Shown here: positions 48,919-61,049 of the stretch, piece by piece | How positions within the stretch are numbered: position 1 is the first letter of the stretch | How the letters are laid out: every line of letters begins with the position of its first letter | Source of the DNA: Calcarisporiella thermophila CBS 279.70 | Lineage: Eukaryota > Fungi > Calcarisporiellomycota | NCBI RefSeq assembly: GCF_041956535.1 | Contig: NW_027192193.1 | Location: 574,235-638,234 of the forward strand | Reading direction: 5' to 3' | DNA: 64,000 nucleotides | Notes under the pieces: generated by a model | Database searches by the model: none | Seen by the model: the letters and a program-made list of their open reading frames with translations, nothing else | What the model was told of the DNA's origin: nothing | Position numbers and translations under genes: made by a program

Positions 48919-49149
48919 ATTACTCAATATGGAATATGTCACAATCTCCCGCTAAGACAATAGTCGATGTGAAGGAGTGATTTCTGCTGGTTTCCGCGTA
49001 ATTACAGGTGCGCAATTAGTTTCGAACAGCAAAAGGGGAAAGGACACGAAATGGAAAATATATCAAAACGCGTCTCTTGATTGTTCATTTAATACTGCGC
49101 CACATAATCGAGTTAAATGGAACACCGATAATAGAGAATTCAATACTCG

Positions 49150-50885
49150 ATGGAAAGGGATCGAGGAACAGGACATGCAGGTGGGGGCGGTAGAGGATCA
49201 GAAGGAAGACGTAGAGAAGATAAATATAGAGATGATCGCAGGCGTGAAAAGGTATTATTTTTTTACAAAATTTTCTCAAATTATCCTATATTAAACAATT
49301 TCCTCCCAGGGTAAACGGTCTTTAACGTCTTCAAAACCAACACCTTCTTTTACCCAACCGCCGGTCATACTCGAACGCCGACCTGTATCCGTAAAACCTG
49401 CTGCCCATGCTGTTTCTACTGCTACTTCTGTGGACGAGGCACCTCTACAAACGCCCGCATCACAACCACCCGCATCACAAGCCCAAACATCCGAAACTCA
49501 AAAGCAATCCTCTAGCAGTACTCCTCTTGCAACTAAAAAACCGATGAGATTGATGAGCGACATAGGGAAGGTCAACTACGAGACTTTAGTCAAGGTTATT
49601 ATAATAAATTCTTGGATTTTACGCGCCACTTGACTTTGCATTCGCTCTCGCATTTAGTCATTAGTTGATCAGCCAGGATATTATGCAGTTGGTGTGTTAG
49701 GAAAACAAGGAGTAGGAAAGTCGTCTATATTGTCGGCTTTCTGTCCAAGTCCCTCAAAGGTACTATCCCATTCGGCAAAATATTTTAAGACTAATTTAAT
49801 TTTATATTCGGCATAGGCCTTTGCTATTCAGCCTCCTGAGTTTCAGCTCTCCGGATTACATAAAACACAGGGAATAGATATTTATATCACGCCAGAGCGT
49901 ATTATTCTTTTGGATACGCAGGTTATTATGAAATGTTTATTTTAGAGATGTGCTCAAAATCTAATTCCGAGTGAACAGCCTATTTTGAGCTTGTCCGTTC
50001 TAGAACGCGCCTTAAAGCACGAAGCCATGGTAGAAAACTTGGGACCAGAAGTTTGGTTAGAGTTACACGTATGCATATACTAGGGTTCACATAATAGCTA
50101 TTGTCTTTTAATCAATTTCGTTTGCAATAGTCTTTACAGCTTGCAATCCTTCTATTTTCCATATGCAATGTTGTCCTCGTAGTGACTGATAAAGAGCCGG
50201 ATGAAATGATGTTAGAGTTCTTACGGCGTGTGGATATGCTACGGCCATGGACGCAGGAAAATCCACTTGCAATGGCAGGAGGGCATCATTTTGCAGAGCT
50301 TGGTAAAGTAGTTCAATGAATATTACGCCGCATAGATCAAGAATCTTTGGCTCACATTGAAAATTTTAGTATTTGTATGTAATCGGTGCCATGAAGGTGA
50401 TATGACACAAAGTGCGTATCGGCGTATATGCGAGAATGTCATTTCAAAACTCTCATTCACAGAATTTGGCATGTCAGGTAAACGACAACAATTATATAGC
50501 ATTGCCTATGCACACTATATATGTTTTCGTCTGCATTAGGCGCAATATCTATGCCCAGAGCGATGGCAATGTACTCTCAGGTACGAGATCCAGGCACTGG
50601 AATTATACCAAATATATTTTTATTGCCACAAAAGAGCGACGAGATGGTCCCTGAAACCTATGAAGTGTTAGTGCGGGCATTAAGAAATTTGGTTTTTGGG
50701 TTTCCACGACGTCCCGTCAAGCTTTCAGAGAAGGATTGGTAAACTATGGATTTGATAAGTCGCGTTGTTATCTTTCTCATGTTTGCATTAGGTTTAAGGG
50801 ATTGGTAAAGCTGTGGGATGTAATTCAACGCTCAGATTTGATAAGGACTTATGTGAAGACGTTACGAAGGATTCGCGAAGGATAA
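49150..50885 (+). CDS. SMG9: Nonsense-mediated decay factor SMG9
   Basis: About 9 exons: YAVGVLGKQGVGKS (P-loop), HKTQGIDIYITPERIILLDTQPILS, SLQLAILLFSICNVVLVV, VFVCNR, NIFLLP, LSEKDWF...WDVIQRS. Confidence 0.87.
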
Positions 50886-52447
50886 GAGTATGAGTGCATA
50901 ATTCCGCTTTTTTATTTATTTGGAAAGCATGAGTTCAATATTCACGTTAATAAGTTTTCAATGCATTTTTACAGTAAACTGTAAAAACAAATCCACAAAA
51001 TTTGTCAAAGTTGTACTGGTTCTCTTTTTCCTGTCCATTATTTTTTTTTTTCCTTTTCTACCAATCTTTTAATACTATATTAACGTGTTGATGCGCTTAT
51101 ATTCTCCCCGGAAAGCATAGACTATAATGGTTATATATCAAGATGGACAGTACAAAAATATTAAGGAGACAGAGTAGAGTTCTGTCTGACGACTAAAACA
51201 TTACATTTCCTGGGTTTAGTAAAAACTCCTTTCTGGTCATCACATAATAATATGTGATTCTAATACGACAAATGTAGCTTTCGCAATGTTTTGGTGCAAA
51301 AGAAATTAAGGTCCACAACAAGCCATCGAATAAATGATTTTGTTTTCCTGCACTCTCTCTAAATGCACAATTACATAGTGTACTCGACCTTCCTCTATAC
51401 CTTTGACACAATAGACGATAACGAACAGCCATTTTTTCAATTATCGCCAGTGCGGAAATTCTACCAATGAGAATATTGTACCTTCAAAGTTCACAAACTA
51501 CCACCCGGATCCCAATAGAGCACAAACTGAAAATTTAAGCAAAAAGAACTTGGGTCGCAACAAACAAAGACCACAGCAGTCAGGGATTAAACAGGAATAA
51601 TTTGACGAATAAAAAACCGCCATAATATTCAGCAAAAGCGGGGGGGGTTGCCAAAGCATGAAGCTAGCAATATCTGTTAAAATGGAAACAGAAAAATTTA
51701 TTATCACGGGTTGGGGAAAGCTTCCGATCTCTCACCTCATATATATATGGATTGGTTCAAATGTATCATCTGCAGATATTCATGAGCATTCTTAGAAATA
51801 TGGCGTTAGCCTGGATCGTGCTTGAGCATTTCTGAAAGCAAATATCAGAATCTAATTTTATTATTCGATGCCTATTCGTCAATTTTATTATTGATGGTAC
51901 ACCGCTAATTTGTTCCCCTATTTTTTTCCTCTTCATAGTTTTATCTTTAGCAGAGCGTTAATTCTCATCTAAAAATAAGGACCTTTTTTTCCTCCCTGTG
52001 TTTTATACTAATTTATTTATTTTACATCACTCTTTTTTTTTTCTCTACCCTCTCTTTTCTCATCCCAGCTCATTCCCTTTCAATCAGCTCTCATCTACTG
52101 GCTAGATTATAGAGAACAAACAGTACATTCAAAGGGGATAAGAGGTAAAATAACTTTGCTGTAATGGATTACGGCAAACAGTTGAACATTGTGTTATTCT
52201 CTTCAACTTTTGCATTAGATCTGTGATCGCTGTTTCTATTATGAGAATTGCTTAACGCTGACGCCATCATCTCAAGCTCCTATACCCTTCGCTTTTACGA
52301 AAACTAATTACGCCCTCTCTATCCTCTATTACTTTGCCCTTAAACTATACTCCTAGAGTCTTTTCCGCTGCATTTTGCCCATCCCTTTTTATTTATCTCT
52401 ATACATCGCTTTCTTACCCTCATACTACTTAAACCAGCAGAATCAAT

Positions 52448-54277
52448 ATGCGCCTGCATACAGTAAATAGATTTGGCCTCCTGCTTAGCACCACTCTTGT
52501 CACATTTCTACTCGACGCTCCACTTCTTCTGGCCCAACAAGAAGTGCAACAGCTTGGACCAGCACCAGACGTAGGGGCACCTCCCGCTGCCGCTTCCTCA
52601 GTAACGGATCCAGGTCCAAGGCGTGGCCACTGTCTAGTAAACTATGACAAAAACATCTATTTGTTCGGTGGACAAATGGACGGGGCTCGTCCACTTTTTG
52701 TCTCTGCATCAATCCCTATTTCCAACAACTCAAACATCGCGTGGCAGAGTGTACCCTCGAATGGAGCAAACAACGTTGTCGATGGTGCATGCGTGGTAAC
52801 ACCAGACGGCTATCTGGTTATTACCGGTTCCAACGGAAATCCTAAAGGCACAGGAGTCCAATACTACAATTTCAAAACAAAAAAATGGAACTCAATTACG
52901 CACTATGACCTTCCAAAAGATAAGAACGAAAACAGTGTGTTCGCCAATCGTCGTCAGCATGTTGCCGCATACTTTGGAGATAAAACGATTCTCTTTTTCG
53001 GGGGAGTGGTAGACGGGAAGCCGACACAAGACACCTATTTACTTACCCAAACCCCAAGCGAGAATGGATGGTGGTATAAGGTGGTTGAAAAGACTGAGTT
53101 TACTCCTCCTCCTCTCACCAATGCCAGCATGGTCGGGCTAGATGATGTTGCACTACTTTTCGGATCACAACTGCAACCAGCTGGGCAGTGGAAAAACATC
53201 GCCTACCAATTCAGTGTAAAAGACCAAAAGTGGCTAGATAAGGTGATCCCTTTACCGACAGGATTCGATGGGCTACGAGCATTGAAAGCAAGCAACAAAG
53301 AGATATGGCTTGTGCGTGAGGCAAAAGGTGACGGCCCGTCGGTATACTCGCTCAATGTCGATAAACTTGTCGCCATCCCCACAAACACAACCTCAGTGAT
53401 AATCCCGCCAGGAACCGGTGCTACAATTGTCGGAAACAATCAGCTGGTGACCTATGGCGACACATCTCGTGCTGGGCAAAGTCCGCTGAAGGCTTTTAGT
53501 CTAAATGACGGGAAACTGCTACAGAACGTGGATCCGACTCGCCCGATTCCTGCGCCTGAGTTGAACGTTGCGTCAATTCCCTCCCCTTCAAACCTCGCAA
53601 TACCAACTAATGCCGCATCAGCCCCTACCTCTCCACCGCAAAATGGGGTGCCTGCAAATTCGGGCACCAATTCTGTTAAGGACAATGCAAATAATCTACC
53701 TCTTTCTCCAACGGCGACCTCAGCAGGTGGAGGCGGATGGAAAGACATGATTCCTATTATCGCAGGCGGAGCGGTCGGAGGGATTGCACTGGCAGGATTA
53801 GTGATCCTTCTTGCCGTGTATGTCGTACGGAAACACAACCAAAACTCACGACCCCCTAAATCTGGGACTGGACGAGGTTCTGCAGCAGCACCACCTCACA
53901 TTGCCAACACCAATGGCGACTATACTGTAGCGGCTCAGCAGCTTGCAGCTCAAAGTCAAATGGATGAAGCCACTTGGTATGCTATCCTCAGCCGCCTTTT
54001 CCGCCCCCAATCGTTCCGGCGCTCTACATCGCAAGCCAAGTCTATTGGAGGGCTAAAAGGTGTGAGTGAAATGAACTCTGTGTCCAGAGCCTATGATGAC
54101 GAGGAGAGGTCTGGCATTGTGGCCGTAGCCACCTCTGAGGCTCTAGAAGATAACGAGGACGACATGATCGAGTCACGACGCACGCGTGCAAGCTCAGGGA
54201 TTATGGCTTCCGGTGATAGGCAAATGACCAGTGCCAACGGACGTTTCCAAGAAGTATTCCAAGGTCCTTCACACTAG
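52448..54277 (+). CDS. Kelch/galactose-oxidase-like beta-propeller single-pass membrane protein
   Basis: Intronless 609 aa; signal peptide, kelch repeats (PRRGHCLV..IYLFGG, RRQHVAA..ILFFGG), P/S/T stalk, TM IIAGGAVGGIALAGLVILLAVYVV, cytoplasmic tail. Confidence 0.8.
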   Translation: MRLHTVNRFGLLLSTTLVTFLLDAPLLLAQQEVQQLGPAPDVGAPPAAASSVTDPGPRRGHCLVNYDKNIYLFGGQMDGARPLFVSASIPISNNSNIAWQSVPSNGANNVVDGACVVTPDGYLVITGSNGNPKGTGVQYYNFKTKKWNSITHYDLPKDKNENSVFANRRQHVAAYFGDKTILFFGGVVDGKPTQDTYLLTQTPSENGWWYKVVEKTEFTPPPLTNASMVGLDDVALLFGSQLQPAGQWKNIAYQFSVKDQKWLDKVIPLPTGFDGLRALKASNKEIWLVREAKGDGPSVYSLNVDKLVAIPTNTTSVIIPPGTGATIVGNNQLVTYGDTSRAGQSPLKAFSLNDGKLLQNVDPTRPIPAPELNVASIPSPSNLAIPTNAASAPTSPPQNGVPANSGTNSVKDNANNLPLSPTATSAGGGGWKDMIPIIAGGAVGGIALAGLVILLAVYVVRKHNQNSRPPKSGTGRGSAAAPPHIANTNGDYTVAAQQLAAQSQMDEATWYAILSRLFRPQSFRRSTSQAKSIGGLKGVSEMNSVSRAYDDEERSGIVAVATSEALEDNEDDMIESRRTRASSGIMASGDRQMTSANGRFQEVFQGPSH

Positions 54278-55248
54278 AGCGTGAATCACCAAGTAATACG
54301 CAACCTGTTTTTTAATAATCTGCGATTTGTCGATAGGCTTACCCTCTCGGCTTAAATTAAGTGTTAGTTAGCACCTTTCCTTTAAGATATTACGAAAATT
54401 AATGATTTATTATATCCTATTTGAATGTTATTTTTTCGGATCTTTTTTTTTCTCCCTCTCCGACCTCTACCCTACCACAGCCAATTTCTTTAGTTTTCTT
54501 TGCATTTTTTTTCTGATTTGTTTTTTTTTTCCTACTTTTGATATTTTATATTGGAGCATATTCCTCCGCTACTTAGTGTATCCCTTCATTATTATTTTGT
54601 ATCTTTTGTTTTTTTTTTTTTGGTTTCAATAATAATGACTGTGGATATTTCCATTAATTATCGGATTTTATCGCGTAAAGGATATATGTAGTGTACCTTT
54701 TGAATTGGAGAGAGTTGCTAGATCCGCTCGTTGCACTAATATATACACTGATCAAGTCATTATGTGTGAAAAATGTCTGCTACAGTTATCTGGAGAGCGC
54801 TGCAACATGGCAAGGTCGGACCCTATCGTTGTAATCTACACATGTCTTTAGATGGATTTTCGACAGCTAATACTCCGATTTTTCGCTATAACTCTCTCAG
54901 ACAACTATGTTAACATTATATTTGTGCATAAGTTTTCCTGGGTTTATTTCTTCCATATATTGGGGGCCAGGCCTGGGCTTTAGAATGATTCAATGTAGGC
55001 CATATCAACTCAAATTATTGATCAGTCTCTAGCACGACTCATTCTGAGGACAGGCTCGACTCTCCACTATATTACACTAACAAACATCGTCGTAAAACTG
55101 AAGTATTTGTACTTCCACTTAGGGATTAAGCAATGAACCCTCGACTCGCCAAGTGAGCACAATCGTAAAGCACATATTTCTGGAAAAAATGATGGTTGAT
55201 CTTTTAATATGCATTTTAATTAAAGTCATACGAAAATTCTTTATTGAC

Positions 55249-55901
55249 TCAATAGTAATATACACCATAGACAACTGCCACGCACCATAATGAATCCTAG
55301 ATTAAAGAAGAAAAAACTGGTTACTTCATCTCGTACAAGTATATAAACCATGGCTTTTTTACGTTTGTGAAAATCTCTTGAGCTATATTATCGGTATCGG
55401 CATCCCAAAAACAGCGACAATCGATTCTATAGAATGATATGAGGTAGCTTCAGGGACATCAAGGCCAAACAAGAAAAGTAGTATTTACCTTGCTCCCTCT
55501 CCCCTATTCTCTCCAATAACAACATTCACAACATATTTATACCGATTTAAATCGAGAGCTAAACAATATAATTTAGACGCGAAAATGAAGCTGGTATGAA
55601 CTTTGGGTGCTCACCTAAAAGTCGTTTTTTTATCGCCTCTGCAATCTCATTACACCACGATGAACAGTGAGCAGCGTCATATTTTTTGCCAGCGAGATGA
55701 TCTTGTAATACTTGGTTGATGAGTTTATTTACAACAGCTGGGCGAAATCTATTCATGGAATTTAAAAAGAGATTAATTCTGATCTCAATCATGGTGCAAT
55801 CTGCCAATGTGGTGTTCTCACTTGTAGCTAGGGCGAACAGAAGAGGAGCCTGATAAACTTGTGCGATTGAAGCGTAGAGGGGAGGCAAGACTGGGCTCCA
55901 T
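55249..55901 (-). CDS. Tctex-1 family dynein light chain, TCTEX1D2 (DYNLT2B)-like
   Basis: 5 exons: RFRPAVVNKLINQVL..., RYKYVVNVVIGENRGEGA, CRCFWDADTDN, NDSLWCVAVVYGVYYY*. Confidence 0.85.
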
Positions 55902-56331
55902 ACTTGATATTTTAATGAATATGAGGAGAAGCGAAATAGCTTTCAAATTTTAGCTTTTCATTTCGCTTTATAATTATCGGATATCCTTATTGAGATATAG
56001 ACATTCTATGTAATTGTTGGGGTGAAGTTTTTACTCGACATGAATCGCTCTCTCAACCAAAAACTCGGGTATAAGGTTCTTTAAAGCCCTTGAATGATTT
56101 AACATTTTATAGCTTTTGGTATGTTTTTATTTTTGACTAAAAGGGGCTGTCTATATAATATCGTTTTATTTAGATCAAAATAACAGGGGAAGAAATGCCT
56201 ATAAAATAGAATAACAGAATTCCTTTCCCATTTTTCGACACAATCTACAAAAAGAAAAAAAAGGAAGGGAAAAAAAAAAAAGAAAAAACCCTAAAAAGAA
56301 TAAAAACCAAAAAAAAATAACATATAACATA

Positions 56332-58995
56332 TCATATTGCTTCATTGATAATTGCAAATGCACGCCGGTAAACATCAAGCATTGCTTCACATTTAGCTCG
56401 TTCTTGAGCGAGAGCCTCGTCTTCCTGTAATAATTCCTCAAAAAGATCTTCCTTGTAGAGTGCAGAAACGAGTCTGTTCTGCACAGTCTCGCGACAATGG
56501 TTTACAAGCAGATGCATTACAGCTTTTGGAACTAGGTCTTGCACTGTCTTGCGGACAATGTTGAAATAGGATATGATAAGGGTGCCTAGCAAATTATATT
56601 TAGGAGTCAAAACAGGACCAGGGTTTCAGTACTAGAAGAGGGAAACCACTCACGAATCAATTGGGTCTCGAATTCATCGCGCTTCGTTAGTTGATTGGTC
56701 TTGCCCTCTATTGCAGACTGCATGGGAATAAATCTATTAGCAAAGAACTGAAGCTATTCTGTGTAAATATGGGAGCAACTCACAGGTATATCCGGCTTTC
56801 GCTTCTGCTCCAGCGAGTACATCAGTTTTGACTGTGTACTATGCGGGCTTGGCACCATATCGGGGGGGCCGAGAGCGGCTCTATCCGATTTATTGGCACC
56901 GCCAAAGAAGTACATGAAGAACGAGTCCTGGGAGTCCTCAACATTGGTTGGCTCTGTGGGTGCAGCCAGCTGCCCATTAGTGGGGGTAGTAAGGTGGCGC
57001 TGTCCACTTGGAGACGATGCCGCGGAGGATGATGTTGCGGAGGGTGCAGAGTGGGGACCTGTTTCCGTCGGCCCGTTCTGGGTTTCTGCGGCCTCTTCTT
57101 TGTGTGCTCCAGGACCAGTGCTAGCCGAGCTTGGCTGATGTAAAATCAAAAGTAATCAGTGAAGTCGCCTGGAGCAATTCAACGTTCAAGAGAAAGAAAT
57201 ACATACTCTACGATGTTGATGCAAATGCTGGTGTTGCCGTTTGGCCTTGGAACTCTCTAGAGAACTCATTGCAGCAGCACCACCTATAAAATCGGGGTGA
57301 TTTGTGTTGATATAAGAGCGCTGAATGCTGATGAGACTTTCTACATAAGTTGATGTTGGGCCAAGTCGCTCTCTCAAGAGATCAGATACGACCTCGATGA
57401 GTTTAGCGTGGAACCGCGGGAACCTCTGAAGCTCCTTGTTTCCGCAGCTATGGCAGACTTTCATGAGCTCTTCATACACAAGCTCCACGCACCGGAGACT
57501 CGGGGGCTCGAGTAGTTGGATCTGGGGCTTTACAAGAAGTTCAAAGGTAATCTCGGGCACAAAAAGAGTAGCGCGTGGGCCGGTCGAGTTGCGGATTGCG
57601 GTGCGAATATCCTGAGCAGATAGATTTGCGCAAGGGTGTATTGCTTCGAGCGCTTGGCCAAACACGTTGTTAAAAATGAAGTATATCCGTGCACCACCAC
57701 ACAACTCCTTCGTCGATATTTCAGGGGAAGTCCCGTCAATCGAAGAGACGAAGTCATTTGCAAACTTGGTTAGTAGATTGAGGATGAGAGTGCCGCGATG
57801 TGCTGTGCCGCTAAATGTGGCATCTCCATAAGAAGCAAGCTCTTGCTGCGTCTGACCGATCATGGTGTTTAATTTGGCTTTTAGTTCAGGAAGCCTCTCC
57901 CGGATATGGTTCATTAAAATCTATATATATGAAAGAGAGAAAATTAAGCCCCTATCACACAAAATACAAAGATTTATGCTTGAGGTGGGGGCATACATTG
58001 TTAAGTGTTTTGGCCAAATGAGGAGTACCACAGCGATGTGCGATGGTTCGATAAGCTGGATGCTGTATGAAAAACTCCTTCTCTGCTTTAAGAGCCTCTG
58101 ACATTGGTTTACGCGTGATGATATCTTGTTGGCTCCGGTTGACAATGCCAATAAAGCCAAATTTAAGAGGATAAGCGCGTCCACTGAGAATATCGAGGGC
58201 GTTTGTTCCAGCATCCATCAAGTCCAACTTGGTAAGTACACCGATAGTTCTTTTGCCTGAAGAAACACAAGAAAGGAGGTGAACCAAAAAGTGAGGGTAA
58301 AGAAGCAAGATAGATCAAATACCTTCTGGATCGACCTGTCGTGCAAGTTTTAAGCTGTCAGAATTTACAAGGTCCACGTTGGCAGCACTAACAGCTAGAA
58401 TCAAGCTGAAAAAAAAAACGTATAAACAAATGGAATATAATGTATTCTATATCCATTGAAATCTTTGGTTCGCAACTAACCTGTTTGGCTTGGAGATATA
58501 GTCTAGTACAAGCGCTCTAGTCTGCTTTTCTATATCCATCGGCTGGTCTCCGATGGGAATTTTGGTCAATCCAGGCGTGTCTACTAGAGTAATGTTGAGG
58601 ACTTTTGGAGAAAACACACGTAGATGGATAGGGACACGCGATATCCCTTTGTTAGTTCCCGCGATACGAGCAGTGTCAGCCTCGATTTCCGCACGAATTT
58701 CGTCAAAATCATAGAAGCGGCGGTTCTGGATGTGTAAGAATTCACCATACTCTTTACCACTGCCATCATCCGCATCCGGTATATTCACTAGCTGGAGAAC
58801 AAGTGGGCGTCGCGTCACAATACCACTACCACGTGGGAGAAAGTCGCGTTGTACGATATTTTCTAGCACAGAGGATTTACCAGAAGATTGTGATCCAACA
58901 ACCACAATCTGCGGAAGGTCAAGTTCGGCGGTCCCTGTGCCTACTGTTGTGAATACCTCTTGAAGTTTGTTAACGAGCGCGATTAGATCGTTCAT
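56332..58995 (-). CDS. DNM1: Dynamin-related mitochondrial/peroxisomal fission GTPase
   Basis: [105 protein letters not shown]. Confidence 0.93.
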
Positions 58996-60516
58996 TGGCA
59001 AGGCAATAGAGGTATGTAAATTTGGAGAAGAGAAGCGAAAGGGAAAAAAAAAAGGTAGCACCCCTTCCTAACTAAACGCAGTGAATAAACAAAACTAGTA
59101 ACGAAAAGGGCTACAGAATGGAAGATAATAAACGACACTTAATACAATACGCAGCGTCTTGGCGTCTATATATGATATAAGATACAAAGAATAGAATGCA
59201 GCTCAGAAGACTATTGCTTGCCGTTAGTCTATAAAGAAAAAAATAATCTGGAATTAGGAGAGAGGTGTTTATCGACACTCTCAAACCCTTTGGTGAAATA
59301 CTACGTCACTCGATTTCAGGCTAATGCCTCCTTCTCGGCATTGCCAAGGTACCCTCTCTCATTCTCCGCAAAAACTAGAGAAAGACATAAATATACTACT
59401 AGTTTATCCGTTGCAGATTCATGATAACAACAAAAACCTTTGGTCGGTCTTGGGTAAAATCAAGTACTTGGCTTTACCATTAGAATGCACGTATATAGAG
59501 TTTAAAGAGACAACTCAAGGTCATTGTAGAGAAAATTATCGATTACGATTTGACAAGAACAATATTACCCTTTGGGGAGGAGATACGAAATAAAGATTAC
59601 GGGTTGTGTACGGGTATGCGTTTTGTTAATTCGAACGCAATCTATTTTTTTTTTTTCCTTAAGAGCATCCTTTCGACTTTCATCCCTATAAAATTGTCTG
59701 CAATTAAATCGATAAAGAATTAAATGTATTCAATTATACAAAGTGAGCATCATAAGGAGAATCAATAAAAAAACCCTATTTGAAATAAGAGTGTGCGAAA
59801 CCATTCCATTGACTATTTTCGCCTATGTGAAAAACACCCTACCAAATATTCCGCATGCCCCTAGTTCCTTTAATCTAGGTAGCCCTACTCTTCGAATTCC
59901 AAGCCATCAGTTGACTGTGGCATTTGTATTCTGTCAGATATCGAGGAGAAAACAAATGCTACAGGCTGGCCAAGTGAACTGAGTGAGGAAGACATTAAAG
60001 GGATACTTGGCAAAGGCAATTTTCAATTTGGGAAACTGTGATCAGCGTAAAATATACGCAGTTCTCCTACTCATGCTTATTGAAATATTACCTTCAGCAA
60101 ATAGAGATTTTTGCCTAAATGTCCATATTTTGAAATGGCCACTCAGCCCACTTTCGTTAGACACTCATAGTAAGCTACATTCTGTGGCTGTAAGCCTACG
60201 ACCATTTGGTATATGAACAAGCATTAGGCACTGTCTTCATATGCTTTTTGTAGATAGAATATATTCATTATTCGGACAGATGGTTAGCCTATCCGCCAAC
60301 TGGTGCAACGAACCATGGGAAAGTCGATTCTGAAACTATGGGTTGGGTCTATCCAGGGAAACTCGTTTTAAATAGATTTGCTTGTGATATGGGCAAATAT
60401 TTGTACTTGTCTTTGAATTTGATTTTTGAGTGGAATCCCCGAATTGCGCTCCGATCTCTTATATATATCTCTTATATATGATTGTATGGCAAAAAAAAAA
60501 ATCGAAATCGCAGCAT

Positions 60517-60627
60517 TTTCGCGTTTTGTATGAGGACTATGATTTGCTAGTGAAATTCGCTGTCACGAAAAAAAAAGAGGCGAGTAAATTTCGCGTTTTT
60601 TTTTATTTTTCCTAAGTCTCATATAAA
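60517..60627 (+). promoter_or_regulatory. Cluster of SCB-like (CRCGAAA) sites plus TATA box
   Basis: TTTCGCG at 60517 and 60589, CACGAAA at 60564, TATAAA at 60622, upstream of the ATG at 60729. Confidence 0.5.
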
Positions 60628-60728
60628 CCCACTTGCTATTGAGCTCCTTACTCTTCATTTCTCTCTCTCTTTTCTTCAGTCATCCACTTTCATCTCTACT
60701 TTACATAGTAACAGCTAGGCTCCCCACA

Positions 60729-61049
60729 ATGCCTCCCAAAGCAAAAGTTGCCAAAAAGTCGTCCAGTATGTTCCCATTCGAATAATCAGCTATGCAATTG
60801 GTTAACTGACTTACACTATTTCCCATAACAGCTGAGGGCAAAAAACTCTCACCCTACAATAAGTTTATGAAGGCCGAGGTTGCCAAGGTTAAAGCCGAAA
60901 ATCCTGACCTTAATCATAAGGTATTAAGTGAAATGAGTGAGGGTGCAATATTAGTTTACTAGACCGATGTTATCTCCCCATAGGAAGCTTTTAAGAAAGC
61001 GGCTTCGCGGTGGAAGGATTCGCCGGAGAATCCCAAAAACAAAAAATAA
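60729..61049 (+). CDS. 63-aa basic YABBY-domain (HMG-box-like) protein
   Basis: Exons 60729-60765, 60832-60920, 60984-61049 give MPPKAKVAKKSSTEGKKLSPYNKFMKAEVAKVKAENPDLNHKEAFKKAASRWKDSPENPKNKK*. Confidence 0.85.
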
